From positions 1 through 64,000 of the forward strand of contig NZ_SBIV01000011.1 of assembly GCF_004765795.1 (NCBI RefSeq): 64,000 nucleotides of DNA. The letters run 5' to 3'. Below the pieces are notes generated by a model. That model searched no databases. It was not told where the DNA came from and saw nothing but the letters and a program-made list of their open reading frames with translations. The position numbers were made by a program, and so were the translations under genes. The DNA is from Halorussus marinus (GTDB taxonomy: Archaea > Halobacteriota > Halobacteria > Halobacteriales > Haladaptataceae). Shown piece after piece: positions 1 to 11,225 of this stretch (the stretch's first letter is position 1; each line of letters opens with the position of its first letter).

Positions 1-127
1 GCTTCGCCGTGCGAGCGCGGTCATGGTTTCGTGAGTTCCGCGAGATCGCGCTGATGTGTGTCGTCTATAACATCAAACGCTTCGTCAAACAGTGAATCTC
101 TCCGCCTTACAGCGATTCAACACAGCC
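1..127 (+). mobile_element. Right end of an IS5-family (ISH-type) insertion sequence: transposase C-terminus (to 95) plus terminal inverted repeat
   Basis: Frame 3..95 reads FAVRARSWFREFREIALMCVVYNIKRFVKQ*, typical of a haloarchaeal IS5 transposase end. It is followed by TTCAACACAGCC (116-127), a TIR-like end. Confidence 0.8.
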
Positions 128-128
128 G

Positions 129-1352
129 CTGTATATTATCGGCTACTTCACCGTAGAGTCCGTTCACGATCTGGAGGAACTAACGCCCGAGGAGCGTGGC
201 AGCGTCTTGGACAAATACCCGAATAACGCGCATGTCAAACGGGAAAGATTGGCATCAGACAGTAGAACACCTGGTCGAGACAGCTATCCAATAATCGTAA
301 GTGGTGATCCAGACCGGAGTGAACTGCTGGAGCATGCAGTTCCGCTGACCTCTCCGACCGTCTCTGGCTCTGGACTGTGGTACAGCAAGTACCGACCACT
401 CTCAACGCCGAATACTTTGCTCGGTATCAACGCTACCGATCTCAAACGGTCTATGCCAAAGAAGCTGCGAGGGAAGCCAGACGAAATCAGATCGTGGTTG
501 GAGGGTGATGTTTCGTATGAGGTTCAATCTCGTGCGAAGCCGCCGAAGCATTATCTCTCTGACGGAGAGAAAGCAGGTTCGGATCAAGCTTCCAAGTCTT
601 CAACATCGAGAGGATACGTCATCGCTACAGATACCGGGTTCGCACCACACGTGCATCAAGGACTAATCTCTTTAGCGACTTGTGCACCGCAGGTTCGGAG
701 TTCAACGAAACCAGGAGACTGGGTGTTTGCTGTCGGTAATCGGCACTATCCAACTCGACGTGAACTGGTGTACGCTTTTAGAACAGAGTATGTTACCAAG
801 ATGGATGACTACTATTCTGATCCCCGATTCCACGCCCGGAAACCTCTATCCGAGAATAGTAATCGCGCTGGAGATAACATCTATGCTCCCCGCTCTGCAG
901 TGGAAGAGATCTCCATCGTAGACGGATCTGAACTCCCAGACGGTTCTGGAGCGACGGCAGGAACGCGCTATGAACGAGGCGAGATTGACGAGGAGCTATG
1001 CTATACTCACCAGGGAGGAGACTACTTCCAGCTCCATTCGGGATATCACGACCTATCGAATTACTCGACAGATGTGGAGAAGCAAGGAAATCGGGAGAAG
1101 GTCCTCATTTCAAGTGAGTTCTATTACTTCGGGGAGAATCCGGTTACCGTGCCTCAGGAAATCGCCGACTTGGTCATTCCAGGCTCCGGTGACCACAACG
1201 GTCGAAACTCAGGACGCACCGAGAGAGATAGCGAGAAGGTAGCACCGTTCGTGAAATGGCTTCGCTCAAATCACCGTGTTGGTATCCAGGGCCATCCAAA
1301 GCACTCTGATTCTGACTTTGATTTAGAAGACACTACTGGGCCTGGCTGTTAG
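129..1352 (+). pseudogene. Nmad3-like/Nmad2-like (nucleotide-modification-associated domain) fusion gene, 5' end cut off by the IS
   Basis: The frame is open from the IS end (LYIIGYFTVESV...NNAHVKR...IVSGDPDRSELLEHAVPL). The C-half has YVIATDTGFAP..LATCAPQVR..GDWV and LISSEFYYFG, which resemble Nmad2. Confidence 0.6.
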
Positions 1353-1391
1353 TGTTTCAAGCCAGTCCTGAGTCCCTCACGGGAGACTACA

Positions 1392-2291
1392 TCAAGTAAG
1401 TTGGTTCGCCAGTGATTCGAGTTCCTCGGCCGCATCGAGAGCAGCAAGCCACCGGTCAGGAAGCGTCGATGCTCCGAACCGTGCACCGGCGACCGCGCCC
1501 GCTACCGCGCCAATCGTATCGGTGTCGCCGCCACGGTTGACAGCGGTCACAATCGCCTCCTCAGCACTCTCGGCGAATAACCCATCGTGGAGTGCTGTTT
1601 GCAGCGAATCGATGACGTACCCTGACGTTTCCAATGCACCGGGGGACTCACCGCGAGCGAGTGATTCGAGCGCCGCTATGAGTTCGTCAGGTGCGTCTGA
1701 ACCGACGTAGTCAAGCGCGTCTCCCAACGGCGTCTCCGTGTCGTCAAGTATGCCTGCTATGGTGAGATTCAGAACTGCACACCCGTACGTGCACCGTGAA
1801 TCCGCGTGTGTGATCTGTGAGGACTGCCGGCTCACCTCTGCGAGTCGGTCCCAGTCAGTCGCGTACGGGATGGCGAGTGGTGGACACCGCATCACGCTCC
1901 CGTTCCCCGCGTTCTGGCCCTCGCGGCTCTGCTCCCAGACGTGCTGGCCTGCCTCGTCCCATTCGTCGCCGTGTTTGAGGCGGCTGAGCGACCGCATCGT
2001 CATACGCCCGATATCGAACGGCCCACTGTCATACCACGCGACGAACCGCTCGGCGATATCCGCTGGATCGAACACTTGGTGTTCGACCAGACTTCGGGCG
2101 ATGCACAGCGCTTGTTCGGTGTCGTCTGTGATCGTCCCGGCGGGCTGGTTCCACGTCCCGTCCCCAACCATCTCGTCAAGCCGTCCGTGCTCAGTCTCGA
2201 TTGCTGCCGCCGAAGAGAACTCAACTGGCCGGCCAAGCGCATCCCCACACGCGAGACCGAGAAGTACGCCACGAGCGTAATCCGAATCCAT
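1392..2291 (-). CDS. ADP-ribosylglycohydrolase (DraG/ARH family)
   Basis: GLACGDALG, TDDTEQ, GNGSVMR and GGDTDTIGA motifs. Confidence 0.93.
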   Translation of the reverse strand: MDSDYARGVLLGLACGDALGRPVEFSSAAAIETEHGRLDEMVGDGTWNQPAGTITDDTEQALCIARSLVEHQVFDPADIAERFVAWYDSGPFDIGRMTMRSLSRLKHGDEWDEAGQHVWEQSREGQNAGNGSVMRCPPLAIPYATDWDRLAEVSRQSSQITHADSRCTYGCAVLNLTIAGILDDTETPLGDALDYVGSDAPDELIAALESLARGESPGALETSGYVIDSLQTALHDGLFAESAEEAIVTAVNRGGDTDTIGAVAGAVAGARFGASTLPDRWLAALDAAEELESLANQLT

Positions 2292-2457
2292 ACGTCATCA
2301 ACGACAACCGGTGAGAAAAATGTAGGGTGGCAGTCACTCGTCGGACTTCGTTCCCTCAGAGGGACGACGTTCAAGGGGTACCGATCATAACGGATTCAAT
2401 AGGGAATAACAGCTCTGCCGAGTCCTGATTATTAAAACCAGAATAGAGGAAGTTGGG

Positions 2458-3924
2458 TTATAACGGGGACTGGTCACGGATCGTTTGGACTGCGAGACGG
2501 GATAGGAGGCGTGCGGGCCCGCGCTTGGGCAGGTCGCGGAGCGTGTCGATCCCGCCTGGTGGGGATCCGCCACCGACGTCCAGCTCCCACTCGGTTTCGT
2601 CGGCGAACCGTTCCACGGCGCGTTCCACGCGCTCCTGGACCGCCCCGGCGTCCATCGTCTCCACGACGCCGTCCCGCAGCACGAACTCCCCATCCACAAT
2701 CACCGTCTCGACATCTGCTGGGGCGGCGTTGTTCACCACGTGTGCGGGAACGTTAGTTAGCGGCGTGAACTTCGGCTTGTCCACGTCAAGAAGAATAATG
2801 TCCGCGCGCTTTCCGGGTTCGATACTGCCGATCTCGTCCCCGATACCGAGCGCTCGGGCCCCCTCAATAGTGAGCATTCGCACGAGTTCCATCGACGAAT
2901 ACTGGCCGGTCGTCCGCTTGACGTTGGCAGAAAGACGGGCTTGGCGTGCCTCGCCGAACATGCTGTAGGAGTCGTGCCAGTAGTGGTCGTCAATCCCGAA
3001 CCCGACATCGACGCCCGCGTCGCGTAACTCGGGGACTGGCGTCCACTGCATGTCGGCGTCCGGGTTCCAGTACGCGAACACCGACGGGCAGTGCGCGACT
3101 GACGCCCCCGCAGCCGCCGTCCGCTCGATATCGTCCGCGTCGGCGACCCGAAAGTGCGCGGCGAGCAAGCGGTCGTCCAGGAGGCCGACGTCATCGAGCA
3201 GCCCTAGTGAGTCAGCGGCGTCGTTCGCACGCGCCATCGTATTGCTCTCCTCAAGTTCGAGCAGGTGGGTGTGGACGAGCAGATCGGGATACTCGGCGGC
3301 GAGGTCGGCAGTTCGCTCCCATAACTCGCGGGTACACGACCAGTCGTCGTGCGGGCAGATCGTCGCCCGAATCCGGCCCTCGTAGGTGTCGTGATACGCC
3401 TCGATGAACGCGCAGGCACGCTCGAACTGCTCGTCGAGGGGGACATCCCAGAACAGGTCCGTCATTGTCGGTCCGAAGAACCCGCGGAGGCCCGCCTCCC
3501 CGAACGTGTCAGCCCCCGACGCGGGCCGGACATCCATCGAGTTGACCGTCGTCACGCCCCCTAGGAGGAAATTCAGCGCGGCGAGGTCGTACCCGGCGTC
3601 GACGAGATAGTCGAACTCACCCTCGCCGATCCGGCCGTAGAGGGCGGTCATACTCCCCATCATCTCCAGGAGGTCGAGGTCGCTGAACGCGCCGATCAGG
3701 GGTGTGAGTTCGAGATGCGTGTGGGCGTTGACCAGCCCCGGCATCACCACCTTCCCGTCGCCGTCAATCGTGTGCGTCGCTTCCCCGTCCGTCTCGTCCT
3801 CGTCGGTCTGTCGGACGGCAGTGATGCGACCGTCCTCGATGAGGACTGTGCCCCGCTCGTACAGCCGGTTGCGCTCATCGACCGTGAGCACGAGCGCATC
3901 AGTAATCGCAATGTCAGCAGCCAT
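2458..3924 (-). CDS. Amidohydrolase family protein (MTA/SAH deaminase-like)
   Basis: PGLVNAHTH, HTHLLE and GSIEPGKRADI motifs. Confidence 0.9.
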   Translation of the reverse strand: MAADIAITDALVLTVDERNRLYERGTVLIEDGRITAVRQTDEDETDGEATHTIDGDGKVVMPGLVNAHTHLELTPLIGAFSDLDLLEMMGSMTALYGRIGEGEFDYLVDAGYDLAALNFLLGGVTTVNSMDVRPASGADTFGEAGLRGFFGPTMTDLFWDVPLDEQFERACAFIEAYHDTYEGRIRATICPHDDWSCTRELWERTADLAAEYPDLLVHTHLLELEESNTMARANDAADSLGLLDDVGLLDDRLLAAHFRVADADDIERTAAAGASVAHCPSVFAYWNPDADMQWTPVPELRDAGVDVGFGIDDHYWHDSYSMFGEARQARLSANVKRTTGQYSSMELVRMLTIEGARALGIGDEIGSIEPGKRADIILLDVDKPKFTPLTNVPAHVVNNAAPADVETVIVDGEFVLRDGVVETMDAGAVQERVERAVERFADETEWELDVGGGSPPGGIDTLRDLPKRGPARLLSRLAVQTIRDQSPL

Positions 3925-4007
3925 CTTGGTTCGTCACTGACGTGGCCATCGCGTCAAGGTTCGGGTCGCGTCTTTCTTGAATACGGGCCTCGTACAGAGG
4001 ACAGACG

Positions 4008-4277
4008 TCACTCGTCGGGTTTCGTCCCCGTGCGGAGATTCTCCCGGTACTCCGCCCATGCCTGGTACATCTCCACTCGTTCTTTCTCCGTCATCGTGTC
4101 GTGCTCGTCCGCGTCGTAGAACGGGAGTTCGTCCTTCTCAGGCATCGCCATCACTCGCCCGAGCGGGTACAGTTGCTCGTAGTAGTGTTCGAGCACCCAG
4201 TCTTCGCCGTGTTCGTCGACGGCTTGCTGGATGTACGGGGCGGCTTCGGGATACTCGTCGGCGAGTGTCTCAGTCAT
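4008..4277 (-). CDS. Hypothetical protein
   Basis: 89-aa acidic ORF with halophile codon usage. Confidence 0.7.
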   Translation of the reverse strand: MTETLADEYPEAAPYIQQAVDEHGEDWVLEHYYEQLYPLGRVMAMPEKDELPFYDADEHDTMTEKERVEMYQAWAEYRENLRTGTKPDE

Positions 4278-4331
4278 TGGGAGTCGTGTACTGCTGGCGT
4301 TGTTTGCGTCAGTACGTCCAAGCGTTGGAGG

Positions 4332-4688
4332 TCAGGCGTCGGTGAACTCGGCGAGTGAGTGATTTGCGCTGGTACTGTTCCACTTGCCAATCTGGATGAG
4401 CTCGAACGTGTCTACGGGGTCGTCAAGCTCGGTGGCAAGCTGGGTCTGAACTGCAGTGGAGATACTGTCGACGGGGATTGCGGTCAGCGCATGCCCGGTG
4501 AGGAAGTAACTAGTTGCAAGGCTTGTCGGGGCGACGACGATTACGTCTGAGCCATCGACGTCATCGAGCGCGAGTTGGGCATCTCGGTACTGGAGCACGG
4601 TCGCATCCAGCTCATCGACGGGGAAGAGGCAGCCCGCAGCACCGTACTCGATACTCGCCCCCGCCGACTCAAAATGCCCTTTGAGCAT
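4332..4688 (-). CDS. Hypothetical protein
   Basis: 118-aa acidic ORF with an AT-rich promoter-like region upstream. Confidence 0.65.
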   Translation of the reverse strand: MLKGHFESAGASIEYGAAGCLFPVDELDATVLQYRDAQLALDDVDGSDVIVVAPTSLATSYFLTGHALTAIPVDSISTAVQTQLATELDDPVDTFELIQIGKWNSTSANHSLAEFTDA

Positions 4689-4865
4689 AATAATACACAG
4701 ATATATGCTCCGAGAACATTATTCTTGTGGTGCGTGGGTTCCTTGACCCGGCTTTGTCGAACCCTACACGCAATAACGGGTATTCGTAGTCGTACTGAAT
4801 ATTCAAAGATAGTCCGAGAGACAGTGTTCGCCAGTACTGGGGTAGGGGAAGAGACACTCGGAAAA

Positions 4866-7082
4866 TCAACCAGTCGGACGGGTATCGGCTGGCGACGACA
4901 CCTCAGGAAGGCTCGGAACGGTGAGATCGGCTCGCCGAAGGAACTGTGCATTAATAGCAACAATAACTGTGCTCAAGGACATCAGTAACGCTCCGACGGC
5001 CGGAGACAGAAGAATACCCCACGGGAAGAGGACACCCGCTGCCAGCGGGATGGCGAAGACGTTGTAGCCAGCCGCCCAAACGAGATTCTCCCGCATCTTC
5101 TTGTAACTCGCCCGGCTCAACTTGACGAGTCGGACAACGTCCATCGGATTGTTCTGGACCAGAATGATGTCCGCCGATTGAACCGCCACGTCCGTCCCGC
5201 TCCCGATAGCGATGCCGACATCCGCCCGGGTGAGCGCTGGTGCGTCGTTGACGCCGTCGCCGACCATCCCGACGCGTTTGCCCTGATCCTGCAGTTCGGT
5301 CACTTTCTTGTCCTTGTCTTCGGGAAGGACCTCCGCGAACACGGTGTCGATGCCGAGGTCCTCGGCGACGGCGTGCGCCACGTCCGCGGAGTCACCCGTG
5401 AGCATCGCCACTTCGATATCGAGATTGTGGAGCGCTTCGACGACCCGATAGCTATCCTCCCGAATGACGTCCGCCATTGCGAACGCGGCGACTGGCGAGC
5501 CGTCGCGGACGAGGTAGACGACCGTCTGGGCGTTCGCGCCAGCCTCGTCTGCGAACACTTGAAGGTCGGACGGAACGTCGCTATCGAGGTGTTCGAGGAG
5601 GTTCGGTCCGCCGACGTGGACGGTTTCACCTTCGACTGTCGCCCGCACACCGCGTCCTTTGAGCGCCTCGAAGTTCGTTGCGGCCGGTGAGGTGACGCCG
5701 TTCTCATCAGCTGCGTTCCGGACCGCTTGGGCGATCATGTGTTCGGAATCACCCTCGACTGCGGCGGCCAGTGCAAGCGCGTCGTCCTCGCTGATGGCGT
5801 CGGTTGTCTTGATTCCGACGACGCCGTGTTCGCCTTTCGTAAGCGTCCCTGTTTTATCGAACACGATAGTGTCGAGGCTTCGCGCCTGTTCCATAGCGAT
5901 GCGGTCGCGGATGAGCATCCCGTTTCGTGCAGCCATCGAGGTGTTGATGGCGACGACGAGCGGGATGGCCAGCCCGAGCGCGTGCGGACAGGCGATGACG
6001 AGAACGGTGACGACCCGCTCAATGACGGTGGCGTCGAACTGGACCGCAAGCGTCCACGCGATACCGGTCACGACTGCTGCCCCGAGAGCGACGTAGAACA
6101 GCCACCCCGCTGCCCGGTCAGCGAGCATCTGCGTTTTGGACTTGCTCTGCTGGGCTTCTTCGACGAGTCGCATAATACCGGCTAACGTGGTTTCATCGCC
6201 GGTCGCGTCGATCCGGACGCGGAGACTGCCGTCGCCGTTGACGGTGCCGCCGATCACCTCGTCGCCGGGTTCCTTCGAAACGGGCCGGGATTCGCCGGTG
6301 ATCATCGCCTCGTTCACGTCGGAGTCTCCCTCTTCGACCACACCGTCGGCGGGAACGCTCGCCCCGGGACGAACGAGCACGAGATCGCCGTCTTCGAGTT
6401 CGCTCACGGGGACATCTTCGGTGTCACCGGAGTCAGTAATACGCTCGGCGGTATCGGGCATCAGTTTCGCCAGTTCGTCAAGTGCACTGGAGGCGCGCCG
6501 GACCGACCGCATCTCGATCCAGTGCCCGAGTAGCATAATGTCGATGAGCGTCACGAGCTCCCAGAAGAACGCCGACTGCGCCGGGTAGACCACGCTCGCC
6601 AGACTGTAGACGAAGGCGACGGTGATCGCCATGGAGATGAGCGTCATCATCCCAGGCGACCGGTCTTTCAGCTCGGGGAGGGCCATCTTTAGGAAGGGGA
6701 TGCCACCGTAGGCGAATACGATCACTGCAAAGACAGGGTTGACCCATTCACTGCCCGGAAACGCCGGAACGGAGAAGCCAAGCCACTCCTGAAGCGTTGG
6801 GCTGTAGAGGAGGACAGGGATTGAGAGGAGCGTCGAGACGAAGAAACGCCGGCGGAACATCTGCTCGTGGCCTTCGTGCATCCCACCGTGACCGTCATGG
6901 TCACCGTGCTGGCTGTGTGCGTCGTGATCTTCTTCGCCGGGTGGCTGGGGCTCAGCCTCTGTTTCGATGAGCGACTGTTCACTGCGCTCCTCAGTATGCG
7001 ACTCGTCGTGGCCACTATGTGCGTCTTCCCCGTGACGCGTATGGTCAGTCCCGTCAGTCGAGCGTTGAGAGTCGTCGTCCAT
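4866..7082 (-). CDS. copB: Copper-translocating P1B-type ATPase (CopB-like, P1B-3)
   Basis: His-rich N-terminus; [27 protein letters not shown] and MSLS motifs. Confidence 0.92.
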   Translation of the reverse strand: MDDDSQRSTDGTDHTRHGEDAHSGHDESHTEERSEQSLIETEAEPQPPGEEDHDAHSQHGDHDGHGGMHEGHEQMFRRRFFVSTLLSIPVLLYSPTLQEWLGFSVPAFPGSEWVNPVFAVIVFAYGGIPFLKMALPELKDRSPGMMTLISMAITVAFVYSLASVVYPAQSAFFWELVTLIDIMLLGHWIEMRSVRRASSALDELAKLMPDTAERITDSGDTEDVPVSELEDGDLVLVRPGASVPADGVVEEGDSDVNEAMITGESRPVSKEPGDEVIGGTVNGDGSLRVRIDATGDETTLAGIMRLVEEAQQSKSKTQMLADRAAGWLFYVALGAAVVTGIAWTLAVQFDATVIERVVTVLVIACPHALGLAIPLVVAINTSMAARNGMLIRDRIAMEQARSLDTIVFDKTGTLTKGEHGVVGIKTTDAISEDDALALAAAVEGDSEHMIAQAVRNAADENGVTSPAATNFEALKGRGVRATVEGETVHVGGPNLLEHLDSDVPSDLQVFADEAGANAQTVVYLVRDGSPVAAFAMADVIREDSYRVVEALHNLDIEVAMLTGDSADVAHAVAEDLGIDTVFAEVLPEDKDKKVTELQDQGKRVGMVGDGVNDAPALTRADVGIAIGSGTDVAVQSADIILVQNNPMDVVRLVKLSRASYKKMRENLVWAAGYNVFAIPLAAGVLFPWGILLSPAVGALLMSLSTVIVAINAQFLRRADLTVPSLPEVSSPADTRPTG

Positions 7083-7308
7083 TACTCGATAATTGACCCC
7101 GCGGGGGTTTCAACGTGGAGGTCACTTCGAACTGACATACTCGCTGAACGGGCCTCAATCGGAGCGGTTCCGAGACTGATGTGGTCGAATAGCGTCCTCC
7201 GCCACTCTCCGACGTCACTGTCCGATTTCCCGTCAAAACGACGTAGACCGTCCCCGGTGCCCCTCCAGAACTGACGAAGCACTCTCCACCGACGGGCACC
7301 GTTTTGGC

Positions 7309-7584
7309 TCAGGGGTTGGGGGCGTAGAGGGCGTACAGAATAGACAGCATCCCCGCTGCCGTGACGAGTGCCGCAACGAAACCCGCTTGGAAAATCGATA
7401 CTTGGAGTATCTCGAAAAGAACTCCTTCCAAGAGTCCGCCGAGCCCGACCAGAGCGAAGCCAGCGGCGACGTACAGGAGTAACTGCGTGCGATGCCGTTG
7501 ATATCCACGATACGCCTGGTACGCGATGACCAGCGCTAACGCAGTCGTGAACAGTTTGCCGATGACGAATAACGTGTGTTCCAT
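7309..7584 (-). CDS. Small membrane protein (about 3 TM), coupled to the HTH gene
   Basis: Hydrophobic 91-aa ORF 3 nt downstream of the HTH gene. Confidence 0.75.
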   Translation of the reverse strand: MEHTLFVIGKLFTTALALVIAYQAYRGYQRHRTQLLLYVAAGFALVGLGGLLEGVLFEILQVSIFQAGFVAALVTAAGMLSILYALYAPNP

Positions 7585-7587
7585 AGG

Positions 7588-7944
7588 TCAGTCTCCCCGC
7601 ATCTCCTCGAAGATGGACGTGATCCGGTCGGCGGGGTCCGGCCGGACATCGATCTGGACGTCGAATCCCTCCGCCTGCAGAAGGACTTCGATGCGTTCGA
7701 GGCGCGCCTCGTACTCGCTGTAATGTCGTCCCCCGGGATCGACGTGCGTGTACTCCTCAAGGAGGCCCTGCTCAACGAGGCGGGTGACGCGACGGGAGAC
7801 GGTCGGGCGGGACATGTCGCATTCCTCGCTGAGCTCCTTCGCGGAGAGTCGGTCGGTCTTCGTCGCCACGAGGATGTCACGGGCGTACTCGTCGTCGAGT
7901 GTGGCGAAGACCTCCGGCGGGTCGGGCTCCTCGGTCACACGCAC
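7588..7944 (-). CDS. ArsR-like winged-HTH regulator
   Basis: LDDEYARDIL..SAKELSEECDMSRPTVSRRVTRLVEQGLL. Confidence 0.85.
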   Translation of the reverse strand: MRVTEEPDPPEVFATLDDEYARDILVATKTDRLSAKELSEECDMSRPTVSRRVTRLVEQGLLEEYTHVDPGGRHYSEYEARLERIEVLLQAEGFDVQIDVRPDPADRITSIFEEMRGD

Positions 7945-8052
7945 CTACTCACGACAGGAGCGTAATATACCCTACCGATTTTCTGACCCAGAACGCTGGC
8001 TCGCTATTATATCGTGTCCGCACTCGTACTGATAGTTGAAGGTGCAATAATT

Positions 8053-8613
8053 ATGTCTACACTCGACTCCGGCATGAACCAGCTTGAGAGCAAAGTCGGC
8101 GGCCTGACCGTCGGCGGGAAAGTCCACAGCCTCAGCGCGTGGTTCGTACTGGCGCTCCGCCTCATGATGGGGTACGCGTTCGCGTACTCCGGGTTCACGA
8201 AGATCACCGGCGAGTTCGCTGCCGGCGGCTACCTCTCGAACGTCGCGGCGACGAACGGAAACCCGCTCGCGGGCGTGTTCGCGTGGATGGGGTCGACGCC
8301 GTGGTTCGTCGAGTTCGCCAACGTCGCCGTGCCGTACGGTGAGCTCCTCATCGGTCTTGGGCTGCTCGTCGGTGCGCTGGTCCGCCTCGCGGCGTTCTTT
8401 GGCGCGCTCATGATGCTCATGTTCTACTTCGGGAACTGGGAGATGGCGCACGGGTTCATCAACGGGGACTTCGCGTACATGCTCGTGTTCCTCGCGGTCG
8501 CCGCGTTCGCCGCGGGCCGCATCCTGGGCCTCGACCAGTACATCGAGAACTACGATGTCGGCGGCGAGACGCTCGTCGAGCGCTACCCCGCCCTTGAATA
8601 CATCCTCGGCTAA
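8053..8613 (+). CDS. DoxX family membrane protein
   Basis: LRLMMGYAFAYSG and GELLIGLGLLVG..R.AAFFG..GRILGLD motifs; ATG at 8053. Confidence 0.85.
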   Translation: MSTLDSGMNQLESKVGGLTVGGKVHSLSAWFVLALRLMMGYAFAYSGFTKITGEFAAGGYLSNVAATNGNPLAGVFAWMGSTPWFVEFANVAVPYGELLIGLGLLVGALVRLAAFFGALMMLMFYFGNWEMAHGFINGDFAYMLVFLAVAAFAAGRILGLDQYIENYDVGGETLVERYPALEYILG

Positions 8614-8641
8614 CCACGCCGAGACTTTTGGTAGTACAACT

Positions 8642-9037
8642 ATGCAAAATCCAATTCACGCACGCGGGATTCGTTCTCTGGGACTCATCGTCGTCGGAGC
8701 GCTGGCTCTGGCCGTCGTCGCCGGAATGGCGCTAACGCACGCGACCGTCCCGGATGCAATGATGTGGGGCTGGCACGACGGTATGTGGAACGGCGGCCAT
8801 ATGGCCGGGTGGGGCGGATGGGGCTGGGGGATGATGCTGTTCGGTCTCCTATGGATGGCCCTCCTTGTCGCTCTCCCCATCTATCTCGTCTACTGGCTGG
8901 CAACGCGATCCCAAACGGATGGCCGCTCTGCGGACAGCGCGCTCGCCGTCCTCCAGGAGCGGTACGCCCGTGGCGAGATCGACGACGAGGAATTCGACCG
9001 CCGGCGCGCCCGTCTCACACCTGACGACGGCCGTTAG
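8642..9037 (+). CDS. SHOCT-domain membrane protein
   Basis: Met/Trp/Gly-rich segment; C-terminal LQERYARGEIDDEEFDRRR. Confidence 0.85.
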   Translation: MQNPIHARGIRSLGLIVVGALALAVVAGMALTHATVPDAMMWGWHDGMWNGGHMAGWGGWGWGMMLFGLLWMALLVALPIYLVYWLATRSQTDGRSADSALAVLQERYARGEIDDEEFDRRRARLTPDDGR

Positions 9038-9051
9038 CGGCTCTTCTTTGG

Positions 9052-9501
9052 CTACTCGTTGACTTCGGTCTTCACGACGGTCGCTGGACGAGTCGTCAGG
9101 CGGAGGACGCGGTCAGTGACACTCCCGAGCAGCGCACGATATTCGTCCGGCCGCCGTTTGGTGCCGAGTACGAGTAGGTCTGCGTCGTGGTCGTCAGCAT
9201 ACTCGACGATAGTTTCAGCAGGGCGGCCGTGGTGCATCGCCGTCTCGACGTCTACGTTGGCCTCTGATGCTCGGCGGCGGAGCTCTGTAAGCGTCTCTTC
9301 GCCGTGTTCTTCGAGGCCGTGTTCGGGGCCTTCGGCTTCATCGACGTATTCGTCGCCACTGTATGCAGTCACGACGTCCTCGTCGACGACGTAGAGAACG
9401 TGGAGGACGGCGTCGTGTGCGGCCGCGAGGTCGAGTGCGTGCGCTTCAGCGCGTTCAGATGCGACCGTGCCGTCTGTCGAAAGCAGGATCTGGTCGTACA
9501 T
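9052..9501 (-). CDS. Universal stress protein
   Basis: ILLSTDG..., GRPAETIVEYA and LGSVTDRVLR motifs. Confidence 0.9.
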   Translation of the reverse strand: MYDQILLSTDGTVASERAEAHALDLAAAHDAVLHVLYVVDEDVVTAYSGDEYVDEAEGPEHGLEEHGEETLTELRRRASEANVDVETAMHHGRPAETIVEYADDHDADLLVLGTKRRPDEYRALLGSVTDRVLRLTTRPATVVKTEVNE

Positions 9502-9659
9502 TCACTCGGATTTCAAAGGCGCATACAATAAAATCGGCTTCCGATTCTCGACACGTTGGAGGGACTCACCACGTGTGAGATGCGCTGGGAATCGGCGGAG
9601 TCGAAATGAGAACCACGGATAATACTCTGTACAGCGAGGAATCTTCGATGAAACAGACG

Positions 9660-11045
9660 TTAGTGGTCGTGGCCCTCCATCACCATCGGATGCCCGGTGG
9701 CGTATTCGTCCGGGTCCTCCTCGAACGTCTCCTTGCAGGTCTGCGAGCAGAAGTAGTACGTCTCACCGTCGTGGGTCGCCGATGGCTCGCTGTCGTCAGT
9801 TCGCATCCCACAGACGGGGTCACGGTACTGGCCAGGCGCACCGAGGCCGCGACGATACACGTACAGGAGAAAGCCGGAAAGCGCGAACGCAATGAGGTTG
9901 AGGTAGAACGTGTAGTTGAGCTCGAAGTACGTCTGCTCGGTCGCCGTCTCGCCGCCCGCCAGATCAGGGACGATGTTGAGGACGTCGAACAGTAACTCCA
10001 TGAGGAAGCCGGTGAACGCCATTGTGACGAAGAAGACGCCAAGAATGTACAGCATCACCTTCCAGCCGTAGTACTTCCGGTAGACGTTCAGCACGGGGAT
10101 CGTGATGAGGTCGGCGTAGACGAACGCGATGACACCGGCGAAGCTGATGCCGCCGCCCCAGAGTGCGACGGCGAACGGGACATTACCCATGCTACCGACG
10201 AAGCTGAGGACGGCGATGGCGACGCCCATAATCGCGTTCTCGGCGGTCACGAGCAGCCCGTCGCCCTGGATGAACAGGGTGTTCCAGACCGACTGGGGGA
10301 CGAAGACGATGACGAACCCCGAAATGAGGAAGCCGGCGATGACGTCCTTCCAGATCATCGACCACTCCTTGCGGTACTGGTTCCCGATCTTATACCAGCC
10401 GCCCCACGACAACAGCTCCTCGCGCCACCCGCCACGACTCGACGTCTCCTGGAGGTAGGTCTCCATACAACCCTTCGAACAGAATTTCAACGTCTCACCG
10501 CCGTCAGTCGTGAGGGAATACTCGTCTTTGCCCTCCATCCCACAGGTCGGGTCCTCGGTGATACCAGCCTCGCGGTCGCGCTCGTTGAGCGTCTCCCGGA
10601 CTTCGTCGAACAGATTCTCTGGGAGCGTCAAGTGCACGATGGCGGCCATGACGGCGATGAGAATCAGGCCGCCGAGCAGTTCCGCGACGAGGAACTCCCA
10701 GCCAAGCAGAATCAGAATCATCAACCCGAGTTCGACGATGAGATTCGTCGACGCGAACATGAACGCGAGGAAGTTCACCGCGTGGGCCCCCTTCTTGAAC
10801 AACCCCTTCCCGATGGCGACAGCGCCGAAACTACAGCCACTACTGGCCGCGCCGAACGCAGTCGCCTTGGTGAGCCCACTCAGATCGCCGTCGCCGAGGA
10901 CCTGTGCCATTCGCTCCTTGGAGACGTAGACCTGGACGAGACTCGTGATCGTGAGGCCCATGATGATCGCCCACGCCGCCGTCCAGAGGAAGCCCACACC
11001 GATACGTAGAGCTTCGAAGATACCATCAATCATCGTCGCTACCAT
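9660..11045 (-). CDS. Permease (ArsP/DUF318-like) with two YHS/TRASH metal-binding domains
   Basis: SSGCSFGA and FMFASTNL motifs; DPTCGM..FCSKGC and DPVCGM..YYFCSQTC. Confidence 0.85.
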   Translation of the reverse strand: MVATMIDGIFEALRIGVGFLWTAAWAIIMGLTITSLVQVYVSKERMAQVLGDGDLSGLTKATAFGAASSGCSFGAVAIGKGLFKKGAHAVNFLAFMFASTNLIVELGLMILILLGWEFLVAELLGGLILIAVMAAIVHLTLPENLFDEVRETLNERDREAGITEDPTCGMEGKDEYSLTTDGGETLKFCSKGCMETYLQETSSRGGWREELLSWGGWYKIGNQYRKEWSMIWKDVIAGFLISGFVIVFVPQSVWNTLFIQGDGLLVTAENAIMGVAIAVLSFVGSMGNVPFAVALWGGGISFAGVIAFVYADLITIPVLNVYRKYYGWKVMLYILGVFFVTMAFTGFLMELLFDVLNIVPDLAGGETATEQTYFELNYTFYLNLIAFALSGFLLYVYRRGLGAPGQYRDPVCGMRTDDSEPSATHDGETYYFCSQTCKETFEEDPDEYATGHPMVMEGHDH

Positions 11046-11225
11046 AGGTATCAGTTCAAAGGGATCATCTATTGCAGTTTTCCTTCAGATAGTTCGGGTC
11101 AGAGCCGTGGTGAGTAGGAATTCAAAAGAATAGTGGTGGGTAGAACACGCAGGTCAAAGGCACAACCGCATTGAATAGTTAGATCGTAGTATTACCTGAC
11201 ACCCGAACTAACGGAGGGATACAAT

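Noticed and set aside
207..1352. Intact gene starting at TTG 207
   Set aside because: Conserved-looking coding sequence continues upstream to the IS end.
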